Shown: positions 38,110-52,562 of the stretch, in pieces | Layout of the letters: each line of letters starts with the position of its first letter | How positions within the stretch are numbered: the stretch's first letter is position 1 | Source of the DNA: Azolla caroliniana | Lineage: Eukaryota > Plantae > Polypodiophyta | Direction: 5' to 3' | Length of the DNA: 64,000 nucleotides | Assembly (NCBI GenBank): GCA_043228905.1 | Contig: JBHGNT010000017.1 | Location: forward strand, 11,284,001 to 11,348,000 | Notes under the pieces: model-generated | Seen by the model: the letters and a program-made list of their open reading frames with translations, nothing else | Database searches by the model: none | Told to the model about the DNA's origin: nothing | Translations under genes and position numbers: made by a program

Positions 38110-39330
38110 TGTTTGAGCTCGAGATTGGTATTGTTGGCATAAAAGACTAACTCCTTCCACTTTGTATCCTTAGTGTGAACACATTCTCTAGTTAGGGCTT
38201 GAGTATATAAGCTCAAACCTAACATTGTAAAGAACATGTTGGAGTAAAAGAGTTGTAGAGAAGAGAATAAGAGAGAACTTCCATTGAAGCTCAATCTGTG
38301 CCTATCATCTAACTTTCTTCTTCTTCTTGTTGCATATCTGTGCTATTTGCTGTACACATCTTACCTTGCAAGTCCTTATCATATTCTTCATCTAACATAA
38401 TCCAACAATTGGTATCAGAGCGACCTTGCTGTCTAATGACAACAAATAGCAGAAAAGTCAACAAGAGAAATCATTTACTTGAGAGAAAAAGGTCAAAAAC
38501 ATCTACTTCCAGAAAAAGAATGGCGACACAGTCTGGCATGAGTGTGGAAATCTGGAAGTTCGACGGGAAGAACTTCACCCTCTGGAAGGAAATGATGCAG
38601 GATGTCCTCACCATCCAACGACAGATTGAAGCCATTCCGCATAACAACAAGCCACCATCAATGTCTGCACAAGAATGACGATCTATGGACGAAATAGCCA
38701 GATCGACCATTCGAATGCACGTGGCCGAAAACATCCATTTCACTATGGCAAAGGATACGACTGCATTCTCTTTGTGGGGGAAACTACGAGGTGTACGAGA
38801 AGAAATCCTCCTCATCAAAAGTTGATACTGACTCGATAGTTATTCAACATGAAAATGAGAGAGACAGATCCAACAACCTCCCACATCAACACCTTTAGTC
38901 GGGTGTTATCTAAACTCTCCTCCCAAGGGATTAACTTCGTAGAAGAAGTTAAAGCCCTTGCCCTCCTTTTGAGCTTGCCGACGAGTTGGGAGGTATTCTG
39001 CACGACTTTTGCCAACAACTGTCTGAATCTAAATCTAGATGAGACGATTGGACAAGTCCTCACTGAGGACATTCTGCAGAAATCGATGGGACTCACCATC
39101 GATGAGTTGGCAGAAGCCCACCATTCGATCTCAAAAAAGTCCCTTTAACAATTATTATATGTATACATGGCCCTAATATTCCCTTAAATATCTCCATTAG
39201 ACCCACCGAGTCAATCAAACGATCTAGTCGATCGAGAGAACAAGTCAAAAGAATTGGTCGAAACACCAGTCGAGAAGGAAGAGGGGAGACCGACAGTAGT
39301 CGAAGTCAAGCAATAGTCAATCAAGTGAAT
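38110..39330 (+). mobile_element. Truncated Copia: LTR about 38110-38407, PBS-iMet 38410-38421, decayed gag
   Basis: TCCAACA-AT-TGGTATCAGAGC; gag KFDGKNFTLWK and ALLLSLPTSWE. Confidence 0.8.
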
Positions 39331-40039
39331 TTTGCACCCACTGCAAAAAAGCTGGTCACGACGTTTTCGACTACTTCCGGTTCTAGGTGCGGCGGAGCAG
39401 AGCCTTTGGTAATGCGAATAAACCCTTCTAGGCCATGCTTCTACAACCATGTTTTTAATTCTGCTAAAAGCTCCATTGGTCCTGTCTTTGGCTCGTCTAT
39501 GTTGGTGGTGATCCGCGCTTCCGATTTTCCATGTGCACTCCTGTTCTCTCTTAGGTTGTGTGCTCATGGGAATTTTCTATCTCTGAATGAGAAGCCTTCG
39601 TTGGTTTTGGGACTTTCTATTCCCATTTCTCTATGTCTTCTTGTCCACGCGTCGCCGTGTCTCTTTCTTGATTGGCGTGCTCCTCGACGTCCTTGTACGT
39701 CATGGTTATTTATGAAGTTATTATGCCATTTCGTGGCTAATTATGGGACCATCATGACGTTATGTGGGTAACTTCTTCAATTTTTTTTTCAAAATTACGT
39801 CAACATATTTACATATTTGTACACCTTAAGTACGTCGGCCGTACTCCTTGATCTATCTACCGACACCGGATGTCTTGGACTCCGCCAAATCTTTGCCAGT
39901 TCTCCGACCCGGTTTCCTTCATTACCTGTCTAGTGTTGCTACCATTCCGGATTTCCAGAATTTCGTCTCATCCATCGATGACTGCCGAGCTTCGACCCGC
40001 TGCTTCATCGTTGTCATTGGCTTCCTGCCGGTTCCCTTT

Positions 40040-43000
40040 TGTAAAGAATCAATGGTGATTCTTGTGCAACGGAATAGATGTGCGTTATGTGCGTATATGT
40101 GTGAGAGAAGAAGAGAGGAGAGAAAAGAGAACCCAAGATAAATAAATGAGAGAAATAAAATACTCAAGAAGAAGGTGTATATTTCACAAGTAGAATGGAG
40201 ATACAAAATTGTATCATTACAAGGAGTCACAACCGACTTGGTATAAAGTGTGAGGAGGGTGCTTCATATATAGTCACCCTCTCTCTTCATTAACTAACTA
40301 CAACAACCACTCTCTCTCTTGGGGAATGTGAAGACTCATAGTCATGGGGAATATGTAACTCATTAGTTATGTGTCATAGAATATGATTCTATGACACATA
40401 GTTAATGTGTAGAGAGTAGTGGTGTGACTCTTGACCTTTGAGTAATCATAGATTCTCAAAAGGTGTGTTCACACGTTGCACTATGTTGAGCTTGATTCTT
40501 AACACGCCCCTCAAGCTCAACTTGGGTCAGTTCCTTTTGATTGATGTTCGCTTCGGCTGGTATCCGGTTTAGACGATCTCCGGTGTCCGCTTTGGCTCGT
40601 ACCCGGTTTAGACAGTATCCGGTTCTTGCTTGTACTCCCCCTCAAGCTTGGCAAGTCAGGGATCGTCAATCCGAGGTCTGACATGAATTGACGAAGCTTG
40701 TCGGCTCCTAGGGCCTTGGTGAAGATGTCGGCTATTTGAAGATTCGTGTTGATGTGTAGAAGATTGACATCTCCGGCCTGAACACGCTCTCGAATGAAGT
40801 GATAGTGCACTTCGATATGCTTTGTGCTGTGTGGAACACCGGGTTTCGAGCCAAATATATACTGCTCATGTTGTCGCAGTAAATGGGAGTCGGATCCTTG
40901 ATGGGAACGCCCAGATCCTTCAAAATCCTCTTGAGCCATACGGCTTCACATGCAGCTACGACTGCGCCCATGTATTTGGCCTCCGTACTCGAAAGTGTGA
41001 TATTAGGCTGCTTCTTACTACTCCAAGATATTGCTCCGCTACCGAGCGAGAAGACAAATCAGGAGGTTGATCGTCGATCAACTTTGTAGCCTGCCTTGTC
41101 CGCGTCTGAGTACCCTTCGAGTCATATTGGTGTGGCTGATGCGTAGAGAACGCCGTAATCCATTGTGCTGCTCACGTATCATAATAATCACTTAGCGCAA
41201 TCAAAATGGATATCTCATGGAGTTTGCATGAATTGGCTAAGGAGTCCGACTGGATAGCTAAATTCGGGTCAAGTGATCGTGAGATAGATGAGGCTCCTGA
41301 TCAGTTGACGATATTGGGTCGACTCACACTCGTCTGTACCGGAGTCAACATCTAGTTTGAGGTTTCGATCGAGAGGCGTAGTGACCGATTTGCACTTAAT
41401 CATCCCGAACTTGTATAACAAGTTGAGGATGTAGTGCCGTTGAGAGATCATAATGCCGGTTGGAATTCGAATTACTTCGATGCCAAGGAAGTAATGGAGC
41501 TCCTTCATGTCCGTCATCTCGAATTTTCCGGAGAGGAGGGGCTTGACCTTGTTGATGTCGACTAGACTTTCACCTCCAATGACCAGATCATCCACGTATA
41601 GGATGATGAAAATTAGGCTTCTAGAGTCATGTCGTATGTAGAGGGAGTTGTCGAATTTCGACATTTGAAAGCCGATTTGATGAAGATATTGAGTAATCTT
41701 CGAATGCCAAGCACGCGGTGCTTGCTTGAGGCCGTAGAGTGGCTTCTTGAGTCGGCACACGACTTTCGGATGATTACGCGATTCGAAGTCGGGTGGTTGT
41801 ACCATGTATACCTCCTCTTCTAATTCCCCTTGAAGAAAGGCATTCTTTACGTCCATTTGATGGAGGTGCCACCCTTTTGCTACTGCGACTGCAATTACGG
41901 TCCGCACTGTCGTCATCTTTGCCACGGGGGAAAATGTCTCTTCATAGACGAATCCATGCGTCTGAGCGTATCCTTTCGCTACGAGTCGAGCTTTGTAACG
42001 GTTTACGGAGCCGTCAACATTATACTTCACCTTGTAGATCCATCTGCAGCCAATTGCCTTCTTGTGCGGTGAGTGGGGAACGAGATCCCATGTCTTGTTC
42101 TTGGACAATGCTTGCATCTTCTCATTCATCGCTTCAACCCATATGGGGTCCTTCGCGGCTTCAAAAAACGTTTCCAGCCCCCGTACTGTCTCTAACTTCA
42201 TGATAAAGGCGTAATGGTACGCCATATAATTGTTGTAGCCGAATCGGTTTACGGGGTTCTTTTCACGGGTGGATCGGCGGAGCTTCTCGTTTGCGGATAC
42301 TAAGGCATTCTTCGCTCCATTTTTCTGGATGTCAAGGCCTTCGAACTCACTATCGAGGGAGTGAGTCGATTCGTTGCCGTCGAAGTGATCATCTTCATAC
42401 TCCGACATTTTCACCTTGCCTTTGTCCAGCTTCGAACTCAACCGAGATGTGATTTGATCACTTGGAGGCTCTTGTGGCCCACTAAGCCTTGTCCTAATCA
42501 GGCTTTCTTCGAACATGTGCATAAGGAGATCTTCATCTTCTATCTCTTGTTCAGCGGATTCCGGGTCGAGCGGAATCAGAGTCGAAGTTGTCTTTGGTTT
42601 TGATGTAGCCGGGTCGTTCCGGCTCTCGAAGTTCTCGAAACCATTCTTGATGAGATGTCATATGGTTCGAGGCACCAGAATCAACGAACCATACGTTTTC
42701 TAGACTAGATGCGTTATTTGAAGTAGAAGCGGACATAGAATTTTCTCTATGTCTCATCACGAACATTCCGCCGCAATCATCATAGTCGGAGTTGGTGGCG
42801 TAATTGGTGAGTTGTCGGCCAGTGGAAGTTGACTCGCGTATCTTCTTACGACACTCTTCTTCGTGGTGACCGATTTTTCCACAATATTCGCATTCGATCG
42901 AGTTTTGTCGGCTCAAACTGGAATCGAAGCTCCCCCTTCTTCCGAAGGTTCCTCGATGGCTTTCGTCTTGATGCCGAAATTGCAAGTTGTTTACGTAAGT

Positions 43001-44316
43001 CGGGCCTCATCCGCCTCGTCCTTGGCCGAATCGACCTCTTCTTGCACGACCGCGTCCTCTTCCTCCGTCCGAGTGTGAGTAAAGCATGTGGCCTTTCGAG
43101 GCGTTGCTCTTTGTTCGAACATGGTTTTCTTCGACCCACAACATGGATTGAAGGTCGAAGAAGGGGGGCGAATTCTCCCGTGCTAGTACGATGACCCTCA
43201 TCATGCCGAACCGTGGTGCAAGGCCGCCGAGGCATATTTGCACCATCTCATCATCGTCCACATTGACGCTTATCGAGCTAAGCGAGTCGCAAAGCTCCTT
43301 GATCTTCAAGGTGTAGCTGGTGATGGACATATCCCTTTGTTGGATGTTGTTCAACTCTTGGCGGAGTTGAAGCTTTCTCGCGGTTGTGTTGGCGGTGAAA
43401 ATCTTTCATAGATTCTCCCGCACTTCCTTTGGCGTCTCGGCTTCTCGAATGTACCCGAGCATGTGGTCATGAACACATGTCACCAAGCAACACATCACTC
43501 GGCTTGCCGCTTGCTCCCACGTTGCATAGTCGGCGTCTTTCGGGTCGGGTCGGTTTTCTTGTGCTCCCTTGATGTAACCCCAATAGCCTTGGCCGACAAT
43601 GTATTGGTGCATCTTGTACTCCCAAGATGCGATGTTGTTTTGGTCCAACTTCTCACTAGGGAGAGCACTCCCCATTTGAGTATTCATTGTTGATTAAGCT
43701 TCCTTTCTTCTTTTCCTTCTCTCTTGAACATGGGCTATGTAGTGGTACTACGATAGCGATGAGCCGGTTCTTCTTGAACATCGACGTAGAGCACAACACA
43801 CGATCACGATGAGGCGAGTGGGCTAGATCAAGCGACCAAATCACTCTGATACCATGTAAAGAATCGATGGTGATTCTTGTGCAGCGGAATAGATGTGCGT
43901 TATGTGCGCATATGTGTGAGAGAAGAAGAGAGGAGAGAAAAGAGAACTCAGGATAGATAAATGAGAGAAATAAAATACTCAAGAAGAAGGTGTATATTTC
44001 ACAAGTAGAATGGAGATACAAAATTGTAGCATTACAAGGAGTCCCAACCGACTTGGTATAAAGTGTGAGGAGGGTGCTTATATATAGTCACCCTCTCTCT
44101 TCATTAACTAACTACAACAACCACTCTCTCTCTTGGGGAATGTGAAGACTCATAGTCATGGGGAATATGTAACTCATTAGTTATGTGTCATAGAATATGA
44201 TTCTATGACCTAGTTAATGTGTAGAGAGTAGTGGTGTGACTCTTGACCTTTGAGTAATCATAGATTCTCAAAAGGTATGTTCACACGTTGCACTATGTTG
44301 AGCTTGATTCTCAACA
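40040..44316 (-). mobile_element. Two-LTR Copia element E (LTRs 40040-40504 and 43855-44316), integrase deleted near 42597
   Basis: Near-identical LTRs of about 463 bp, PBS-iMet, PPT; gag, WFVDSGASNHM, RT ([16 protein letters not shown]) and RNase H. The flanks CCTTT and GATTT do not form a clean TSD. Confidence 0.9.
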
Positions 44317-44330
44317 GATTTCTTCCGGTC

Positions 44331-45983
44331 TGTAAAAGAATGTGATTGCAGAAGCTAAGACAAAACCGGCTACGTCTGGTAGTAAAGGAATACAAACACA
44401 GGTTTAATGGAAACCTTACACGGGAGAGACAAAGTTATAGCAGAACACAAAAAATGTGTATATTCCAAAACACTACAAATTCTCTCCACATACAATGTGC
44501 TGTGTGAGCACTTTTATACAATTCCTTAAAAGGACTGACAGAAGTACTGACAAGTACTACTCATACGAGCGACTGACACTGACTCCTAAAAAATATGCCT
44601 ACGTACTAGGCTAGATTCGTAGGCCTCTAACGGTCTACTGGTTACAATCCGATCCGGCTCCTGGTTCCAGATACCATCCAAACACCGATCCTGTTATTCG
44701 TTCCGGACTCTAATCCGGATCCGATTGACCTTGTCTGCTCAATACTCCTCCTTAAGCTCAACTTGAGGTCGGATCGTAGTGTTTGTGCCTGTGGTAGCCG
44801 GTCCTCTCCTCCGGCTCCACCTGGCGTCCTCCTGCATGGCTTGCGCTCCTCGTCCGGTCCGGTTTTGCTTTCCTCGACCGGTCCGGTTCTGCAATCCTTG
44901 ACCTTCTCGGTCGGCTTGTCTGCTCATAAGGCCCTTCTCAGCTCCTTCGCTGTTGCGACTTCGACGCGTCTCGAACTGTTGGTTCCTCCATGTCGGTGTC
45001 GACTTCTACTGTCTGCTCGTTCATTTGGCCTTCTGTTGATTCAACTCCTCTAAATCGAACTCCTTTACAAAGTTAGCTGCCTTCGATTCGTTCCAGCTGT
45101 TGTTGGAATTGGCTGTCTCCAACTCTTCTTCGATTTCTAGACCTTTCACGACATCGGTCCATGTCCGTGACTCGGTCTTTCCTGTGTTGCCTCCCCCTTT
45201 TTCGGCTGGCTCCGGCCTGGGCTCTCCGTTCTGGTGGGCCCCCCTTGAGCCATATGCCTTCGCATGTTGCGATAGCCGCTCCTCAGTGCTCGATACTCGG
45301 CCTCAGTGCTCGACAGTGCAACTATTGGCTGCTTTTTACTGCTCCAGGCGACCACGAAGCTTCCTAGTGAAAACGCATATCCGGATGTAGACCTATGGTC
45401 GCCGGCATTTCCGGCCCAATCGGCATCCATGTAACCGACAAGCTACCCGGCTACACCGGTCCGATATAACAACCCCCTATCCTTAGTGCCATTGACGTAT
45501 CTCAGAATTTGGTGCGCGCACTGAAGGTGCTCCACGGTTGGATGCGCTATAAATTGACTGATCAATCTGATTGTATAATTGAGGTCCAACTGGGTGATGG
45601 TCAAATAGATAAGGCTTTTGATTATCTATCGGAACCTTTTCGGGTCGCATGCCATTCCGGAGTCGGAGTGAAGCGTCACCTTCATATCTAGAGGAACCGA
45701 GACAGATTTGCATTCTGTCATATCGAATTGGAAGAGAACACTCAATACATAGTGGCATTGATTGATCAATATGCCTTCCGGGGTGCGGATCACTTTGATC
45801 CCAAGGAAGTAGTGAAGGTCTCCTAGATCCTTCATCTCGAATGATGCCGCAAGCTGGGATTTGACGCAGCCGATTTCGTCTAGGTCGGCACTAGTGATGA
45901 CAAGATCATCCACATAGAGCAACCCCATCCGATGCAGTCTCTGCATGATCTTTGCATTCCAGGCACGTGGGGCCAATGCTTGA
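44331..45983 (-). mobile_element. 3' part of a Copia (3' LTR 44331-44744; RT/RNase H remnants)
   Basis: [40 protein letters not shown]; PPT next to the LTR. Confidence 0.85.
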
Positions 45984-48900
45984 TGTTGAGATACAAGCTC
46001 AACATTGGCCGGATCGGTTGGGACCGATCGGTTAGGATGGACCGGTGCGTAAACCGGTGTGCAACAAGAAGCCGTAGCGGTGCGTAAACCGCGAGGCCGT
46101 TGGAAAGATATTCCACGTAGGAATATATTTTGGGAGTTAGTGTAGAGCTCATTTACTAGCATTGAAGTACGTGTCACTACTTCTGTCAGTCCGTATGGAC
46201 TTGTATAAAAGTGCTCACTGAGCACATCCTATGTACAGATTGAGTATTATTATTTTGAAGAGAGTTGTGTGTATTGACCCTCTCTCCCTCTCTCTCTCTG
46301 TCTCTCCCGCGTACTCTGTGTGTCCAATCTTTCCATTAAACCTGTGTTTTTTCTTACATTCGGTTTTTTGTTGCTTCCGCACGTTGTTCTTTTTACATGG
46401 TATCAGAGCACGAGAGTTGAGAACCTCTGTAGCCGACCTTAGGTCGAGAAGGAAACCTAACCTTCGAAAAGAACAAGAAAAACAGAATGGATAGAGGCAT
46501 GGCTAGCTCACTTCCGACCAAGAAACTCGACAGAAACAACTACGCGTCTTGGTCGTACAAGATGCACCAGTACCTGCTCGGGCATGGATATTGGAGCTAT
46601 GTCGACGGAGCAAATGACACAACACCTAATTCGACACATAGAGACTTTCCGACTTGGGAACAATCGGCGAGTAGAGTTCTCTACTGCTTTGCGTCTTGTG
46701 TGGGTGAACAACTTCTGAGCTATATTCGGGATGCGAAAACGTAGAAGGATGCTTGGGGAAATCTGAAAATGATTTTCGCCACAAGCACCATAGCTAGAAA
46801 GCTCCAACTCCGACAGGAGTTGAGCAACTTGCGACAACGCGATTTGTTGGTCGTTGATTACACCTCGAAGATCAAAGATATATGTGACTCCTTAGCCTCC
46901 ATCGATGTGAACGTCGAGGAAGGCGAAATGGTGCAGATATGTCTTGGAGGACTGACGTCGAAGTTCGGAGCGTTCCAAACTGTTTTGTGCACACGGGATA
47001 ATACGCCGTCGTTTTTCGACCTATAGTCGATGCTCCTTATAGAGGAGAACCACGCAGGTGCGTCAATGAGTACGCATGCCCATAGCAAGATGCTGTACAT
47101 GGAGGGAGATAGGCCCCGTGGTCGTGGCGGACGAGGTGAGTCGGTGCGCAATGGAGGCGGCCGACGGGATCAACGAAGAAGGCACCGAAGTGATGCCGAT
47201 AGCAATTATGGACCATCTGGAAATAGGGGGAGTCGAGGTGACGAGAACCGGCAAGGGAAATCTATCGCGGAATGCTGGTACTGTGGCAAGAAAGGCCACA
47301 AGGAGAGTGAGTGCTGGAAGAAGCGCGCTGATTCGGAGAAAACCGGATCCGGATCCAGACAAACCGACAAAGGAAATTGGCAGTGATCGCACTACACAGA
47401 AGGATCCAAAAAAGTTGGAAAGGGGGCAACCTTCGTGATGAGACATGAAGTGAACTCGATGAAGAAAACCACCCTGAAATCGGAAGAGGTCTGGTACGTT
47501 GACTCCAGCACATCAAACCACATGATGAGCCATAAGGAGTGGTTTTCATACCTTGAGAAATCGATGCAACCAGGAGTAGTCGCAATAGGAGACGACACTC
47601 CGCATCCGATCGAGAATGTCGGTGAAGTTCCCCTGAGCCATGTCGGGCAAAAAGGGAAACTCATGAACGCGTTACATGTCCCGACAATCACGAAGAATCT
47701 GGTGTTAGTCGGGCAGATCGTTGACCAAGGGATGCAAGTCCGGTTCACGTATATCGGGTGCTTCATCAAGGAGGAAGGCCAGGTTGTTGCGCAAGGGCAT
47801 AGAGACGGGAGGATGTTTATCCTCGATACCAATGACGTTGGCACCGCAATGTTTGCAAAAGGAAAAAAAGTCGAGTCAGATATCGACTTGTGGCACAAGC
47901 GGATAGACAATGTCAACTATCAAAGGCTTCAGGACTTGCAATTGAAACAGGTTGTGTTTGGATTGCCCAACAGTGGCCGGAAGCCCCAAATTTGTGAAGC
48001 CTGCCAGCTCGGGAAGCAGCACCGATTTCCTTTCCCAAACGAGCATAACCGGAGCCAGAACAAGCTTGACTTGATACATTCGGATGTATGGGGGCCGGCA
48101 TAGAATGTTAGTCTTGGCGGGAGTCGATATTTTGTCTCCTTCATCGACGACTACACGCGGCACACGTGGACCTATCTCATTGAAAAGAAGAGTGAAGTCT
48201 TCAACTGTTTCTGGGACCTCAAAAGCTTCGTAGAAAGGGAAACAGGGAGGAAGATCATGTGCCTGCGGTCGGATGCGAAAAAGAGTACTTTTCCGGCCAA
48301 TTCAACAGTTATCTGCAACAAATGGGAATTCGGCATGAATTCAGTTGCAGGTATATGCCGGAGCAAAACGGCGTAGCCGAAAGGAAAAATCGGTCGGTTG
48401 TGGAAGCGGCGCGAGCAATGTTGGAAGAAAAGAGCTTGCTCAAGCTCTATTGGGCCGAAGCAGTACGAACCGCGGTCTACATCCAGAATCGGATCGGAGA
48501 CAAGGTGTCGGCGCATGAGTTGTATTTTTGAAGGAAGCTGAATCTATGACACTTGAGAGTTTTCGGTAGCATTGTGTATGTGCATGTGCTGAAGGAGAAA
48601 CGGAGGAAGTTGGACGCGAAAGCCGAGAAGTGTATCTTGGTCGGCTATTCGGACGAATAGAAGGGTTATAAGTGTTATAACCCCCAAACCAAACAAGCTC
48701 GCGTGAGCCGCGATGTTGTGTTTGACGAGTCCGCGTCCTGGTACTTGCCTCCGACTCTAGACCTCAACTCCAGACCTCCGGACCCGAGCTCTGACTATGA
48801 GATCAACGAGGCTGAAATAACTCCGGATGACCGCGAAATCAAGACCCTCGATGAGAGTCAGATTTCATTTCGGCTAAGTGGACTGAATGAGCAACTATGT

Positions 48901-49221
48901 CGGTTTGACTAGTCCGAAGAAGAGCCGGCGAGTAGTGGAGACTCGGCCATGCATTCCCCGCTCAGGAAGCTGAGGAGACAATTTACGCACAAGGAAAAAG
49001 GGAAGAAGAAGATGCCGGACTATGGCACGAATAAGGGTGAGTTAGATCGACGCGAATCCGACTCCGAGAAGAGCGATGGCGGGCCTTCGAGAACGAAGTC
49101 CGCGTCGGCTAATGAGCAATTACGCCGATCTACCTGCCAGAAGAACCCTGTTGTGCGGTTCGAATACAACCAATACATGGCGCATCACTATGCGTACATG
49201 ACACGTGTAGCGGAAGTGCGT
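45984..49221 (+). mobile_element. 5' part of Copia element G (LTR 45984-46397, PBS 46398-46409, gag-PR-INT with stops), cut by the element at 49222
   Basis: TTTTACA-TGGTATCAGAGC; CWYCGKKGHKESEC knuckle; WYVDSSTSNHM; QNGVAERKNR. Confidence 0.9.
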
Positions 49222-52200
49222 TGTCGTGATGTGGCATGTCTAGTGCGAGAAAAAGTCAAAAATTGAGGATCCACACACATTTCACGAATAAATAAACCTA
49301 GGTCACAATGGCATTGAGTACATGTAGAGGGTTGCAAGTAGGATTTGAACCTTGCACCTCTAAGATAAGAGGCAATTACCTTACCACTAAAGCTACTACT
49401 AAGTTCTTTAGATGTTCTATATTTCTTTCTCATATTCAGTATTCCGTAGGAAACAAACGAATGAAACCGTGTACACAAAACCACGGTTTTAAGCCCATGG
49501 TTTCTTGCATGTCACAAAGCAAAACTGTGTGCATAGAAACCATGGCTCCAAGCCCATGGTTTTGTGCATGGACAAACCTATAAAACCCCTAGTATGGCTT
49601 GTGTAAAGGGGGGGGCTCAATATGATATGACCATCATCATCACCATCAATAATATAAGCTTCTATTTCTTCTTCTTCGCATCTATCTTGTAATTATTTAT
49701 CTACTTCTCAAGTGTACAATCTTAAATCTTCTCAAGTCTAATAGGTCTTCCTCCAATCTTACATTCACATCGTCTTCTTCTCAATACCTTGCGGACATCC
49801 TCCTTGGTCCAAGACCCCGATTATCCCGCTCAAGCGAAGCACGCTCGCACGCGCATCTTCACGACATTTTTGGTGAACCCGACGTGAAGAGCGGTTGGGG
49901 AGGATGAAGATGGATGAGGAATATCTAATGAAGGCAATGTCAAAGATGATGATGGAGTTTTCAAAAGAAGGGAAAACACGAGATGTGGCCCAACAAGTCG
50001 TCGAAAGCATGACCAAGCCAGTCGGGTTTTGTGATGGAGGCGAAGTCCAAATATTTCTAAAGGCCCACAATGCCGAAATAGATTCAAGAGGAGTGGAGGA
50101 AGCAATGAGGCTGGAGTACTTTTGTCGAGTGGTGGTCGTACCGATCTTCGAAGAGATTAAAGAGATTAAAAAAACTCACGATTCGTGGGTGTCCTTCAAA
50201 GAAGCTTTACGAGAGTCATATGGTTACGAAGAGCAAAAGGGACGAGGTTTGTATGAGTTTCCCGAATGGGTGTCATCGAGAAAGACCCACCAGAGTGCTA
50301 TGCATGCATTCGTTGAGTTTGAGTATCGCTTCGCTCAACTCTCGGACCAGGATCGAAGATTGGTGGGGGTGAATAAAGTTCTGCTGTTTGTAAAGTCAAT
50401 CGATCAGAATGAAAGGAAGGCCATTGGAATCCAACTCGAGGATGACAATGGTGAAAATGGCCTCACTGAGGATTGGGCCAAAGTGGAAAGGGTATGCCAA
50501 CAACACGATAAGAGGGAGATGAGATTCTCATCGACAACAACATGACCCACAAGGGATGTTCAAAGGAGAATGGGATGTGGCAATAAAAACCCACCGAAGG
50601 AAGAAAGCTCGAAGAGGGAAGCTTCGACAGAACTCAACATAGAAGCCTTGATGAGAGAGGCATTCATGAACTTAAAGGCACAAATCGAGGTTGAAGAGAA
50701 GCTGAAAACAAAACCGAAGAAAATGGTGATCAACGAAGAGGAGACCTCCCGACAAATGCAGACTAATGATGCAACCAATACGAAAGCCCAGGTTCGGTAT
50801 GACAGTACCATGGGAGAAAGTGTGAAACAAGCCACCTTCTCGACTTATGGAGGAACGACGGTCAAGAGAAAGGCCGAAGACTCGAGAGCGGGAAATGCTG
50901 CTTTAAGAGTGGACGAGCATTTCGGAACACATGTTGTGTTTGAAACATCGAGTAATGAAGGTACAAGCATGAGGGAAGCTTGCGTGATCAAGGGATGTAA
51001 AGAGTGCAGGGTCGACGTGATTGAGGTGGTAGCCACGATTAACGACATTGAGTCGAAGATGGCTCAGGAAGAGTCCATGGCGAATGTCCGTGTCAAGACT
51101 TTCCCAACACTTGATCTAGAGACTTGGGCAGTTGCGTCCGAGAGCCAACATGAGACCCAAGAGACGGAAAGTGGTGGGGAAGAAAATATTGAACACAATG
51201 CGAATAACAACATTGAGCGAAAGATGGCTACTGATGAGAAGACGGTGACCGATGGTGTCGAGGTTCTCCCCACAATTGTTCCTAAGACTTCGACAGTTCT
51301 GCCCGAGTGTCAACGTGAGACCGGAGAGACGGAAGGTGGCGGCTGGAAATCGAAGGACCGAAACGACGATGAGGAGGATGGCCACAGACGAAGGAATCCC
51401 TCCACACCAATTCTGGAGACTTCGGCAGTTGTGCCCGAGAGCGAACATAAGACCGAACAGATGGAAGGTGGCGGCGAGGAGATGAGGGTCAACGCCAGCG
51501 CATACGGAGGAACGGTGGCCAACAAGGACACCAAAAACAAAGCTACAATAGAGTTTGATGAAGAGCCAGATAGCGGCAAGAAAGGAAGAACCAGAATACA
51601 ATCCGGATGGAAGATGACGCGGTTGGTATTCCGACCCGAATGGAAGCCGACCCGAACAAGAGTTGATCAACCGGGCCCGACCCAACCGAAAACCGGATGG
51701 AAACTGAGCCGGACGAAAGTCGATCGTCTGAGTCCGATTTGGCCGAATGCGAATCCGGACGAAGGCCGACCAAGCCAGAAGATGATTGGTCGAGACAGAC
51801 AGAAGTTGAACCAGCCTAGACGGAGGTCGAAGCAGACGAGCCGCAACACCCGGTCGAGGCTAGTGAGCATAAGGAAAGGCAAGCATGAGATGAAAAATGA
51901 TGATAAAGGAAAGTTAGGTGACCAAGGAGATGGCCGAGATGAAGGTGGCACATGCACGAGGCATGAAGCGTTATGCTCGGGAGGAGCAAAGGGAGCCATG
52001 ACAACTAGACATGGCAATAAAAAAGGTGAGCAAATGATATGGTGGATTGGATGGCAACGACAATTCGAAGTAGATGACAAAAAGACGGTGCGGATGAGGC
52101 GCAAGAAAGGAGGAAATCAAACACCAACCACCTTTGACCCTTCCACATCACTCTTTTCTTCTTGGCACATACCGGAGGATGTGCGGTTTGGTGGGGGTGG

Positions 52201-52562
52201 ATGTCGTGATATGGCATGTCTAGTGCGAGATAAAGTCAAAAATTGAGGATCCACACACATTTCACGAATACTTGTAAAAATGAAAATAAATAAACCTAGG
52301 TCACAATGGCATTGAGTACATGTAGAGGGTTGCAAGTAGGATTTGAACCTTACACCTCTTAGATAAGGGGCAATTACCTTACCACTAAAGCTACTACTAA
52401 GTGCTTTAGATGTTCTATATTTCTTTCTCATATTCAGTATTCCGTAGGAAACAAACGAACAAAATCGTGTACACAAAACCACGGTTTTAAGCCCATGGTT
52501 TCTTGCATGTCACAAAGAAAAACTGTGTGCATAGAAACCATGGCTCCAAGCCCATGGTTTTG
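49222..52562 (+). mobile_element. Non-autonomous gag-only (Gypsy-like) LTR element: LTR 49222-49866, PBS-Trp 49871-49887, gag-like ORF 49895-52246 with one in-frame TGA, 3' LTR from 52202 truncated
   Basis: Direct repeats start TGTCGTGAT; TGGTGAACCCGACGTGA is complementary to the plant tRNA-Trp 3' end; purine tract before 52202; ORFs 49895 and 50570 share a frame; no pol motifs. Confidence 0.8.
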
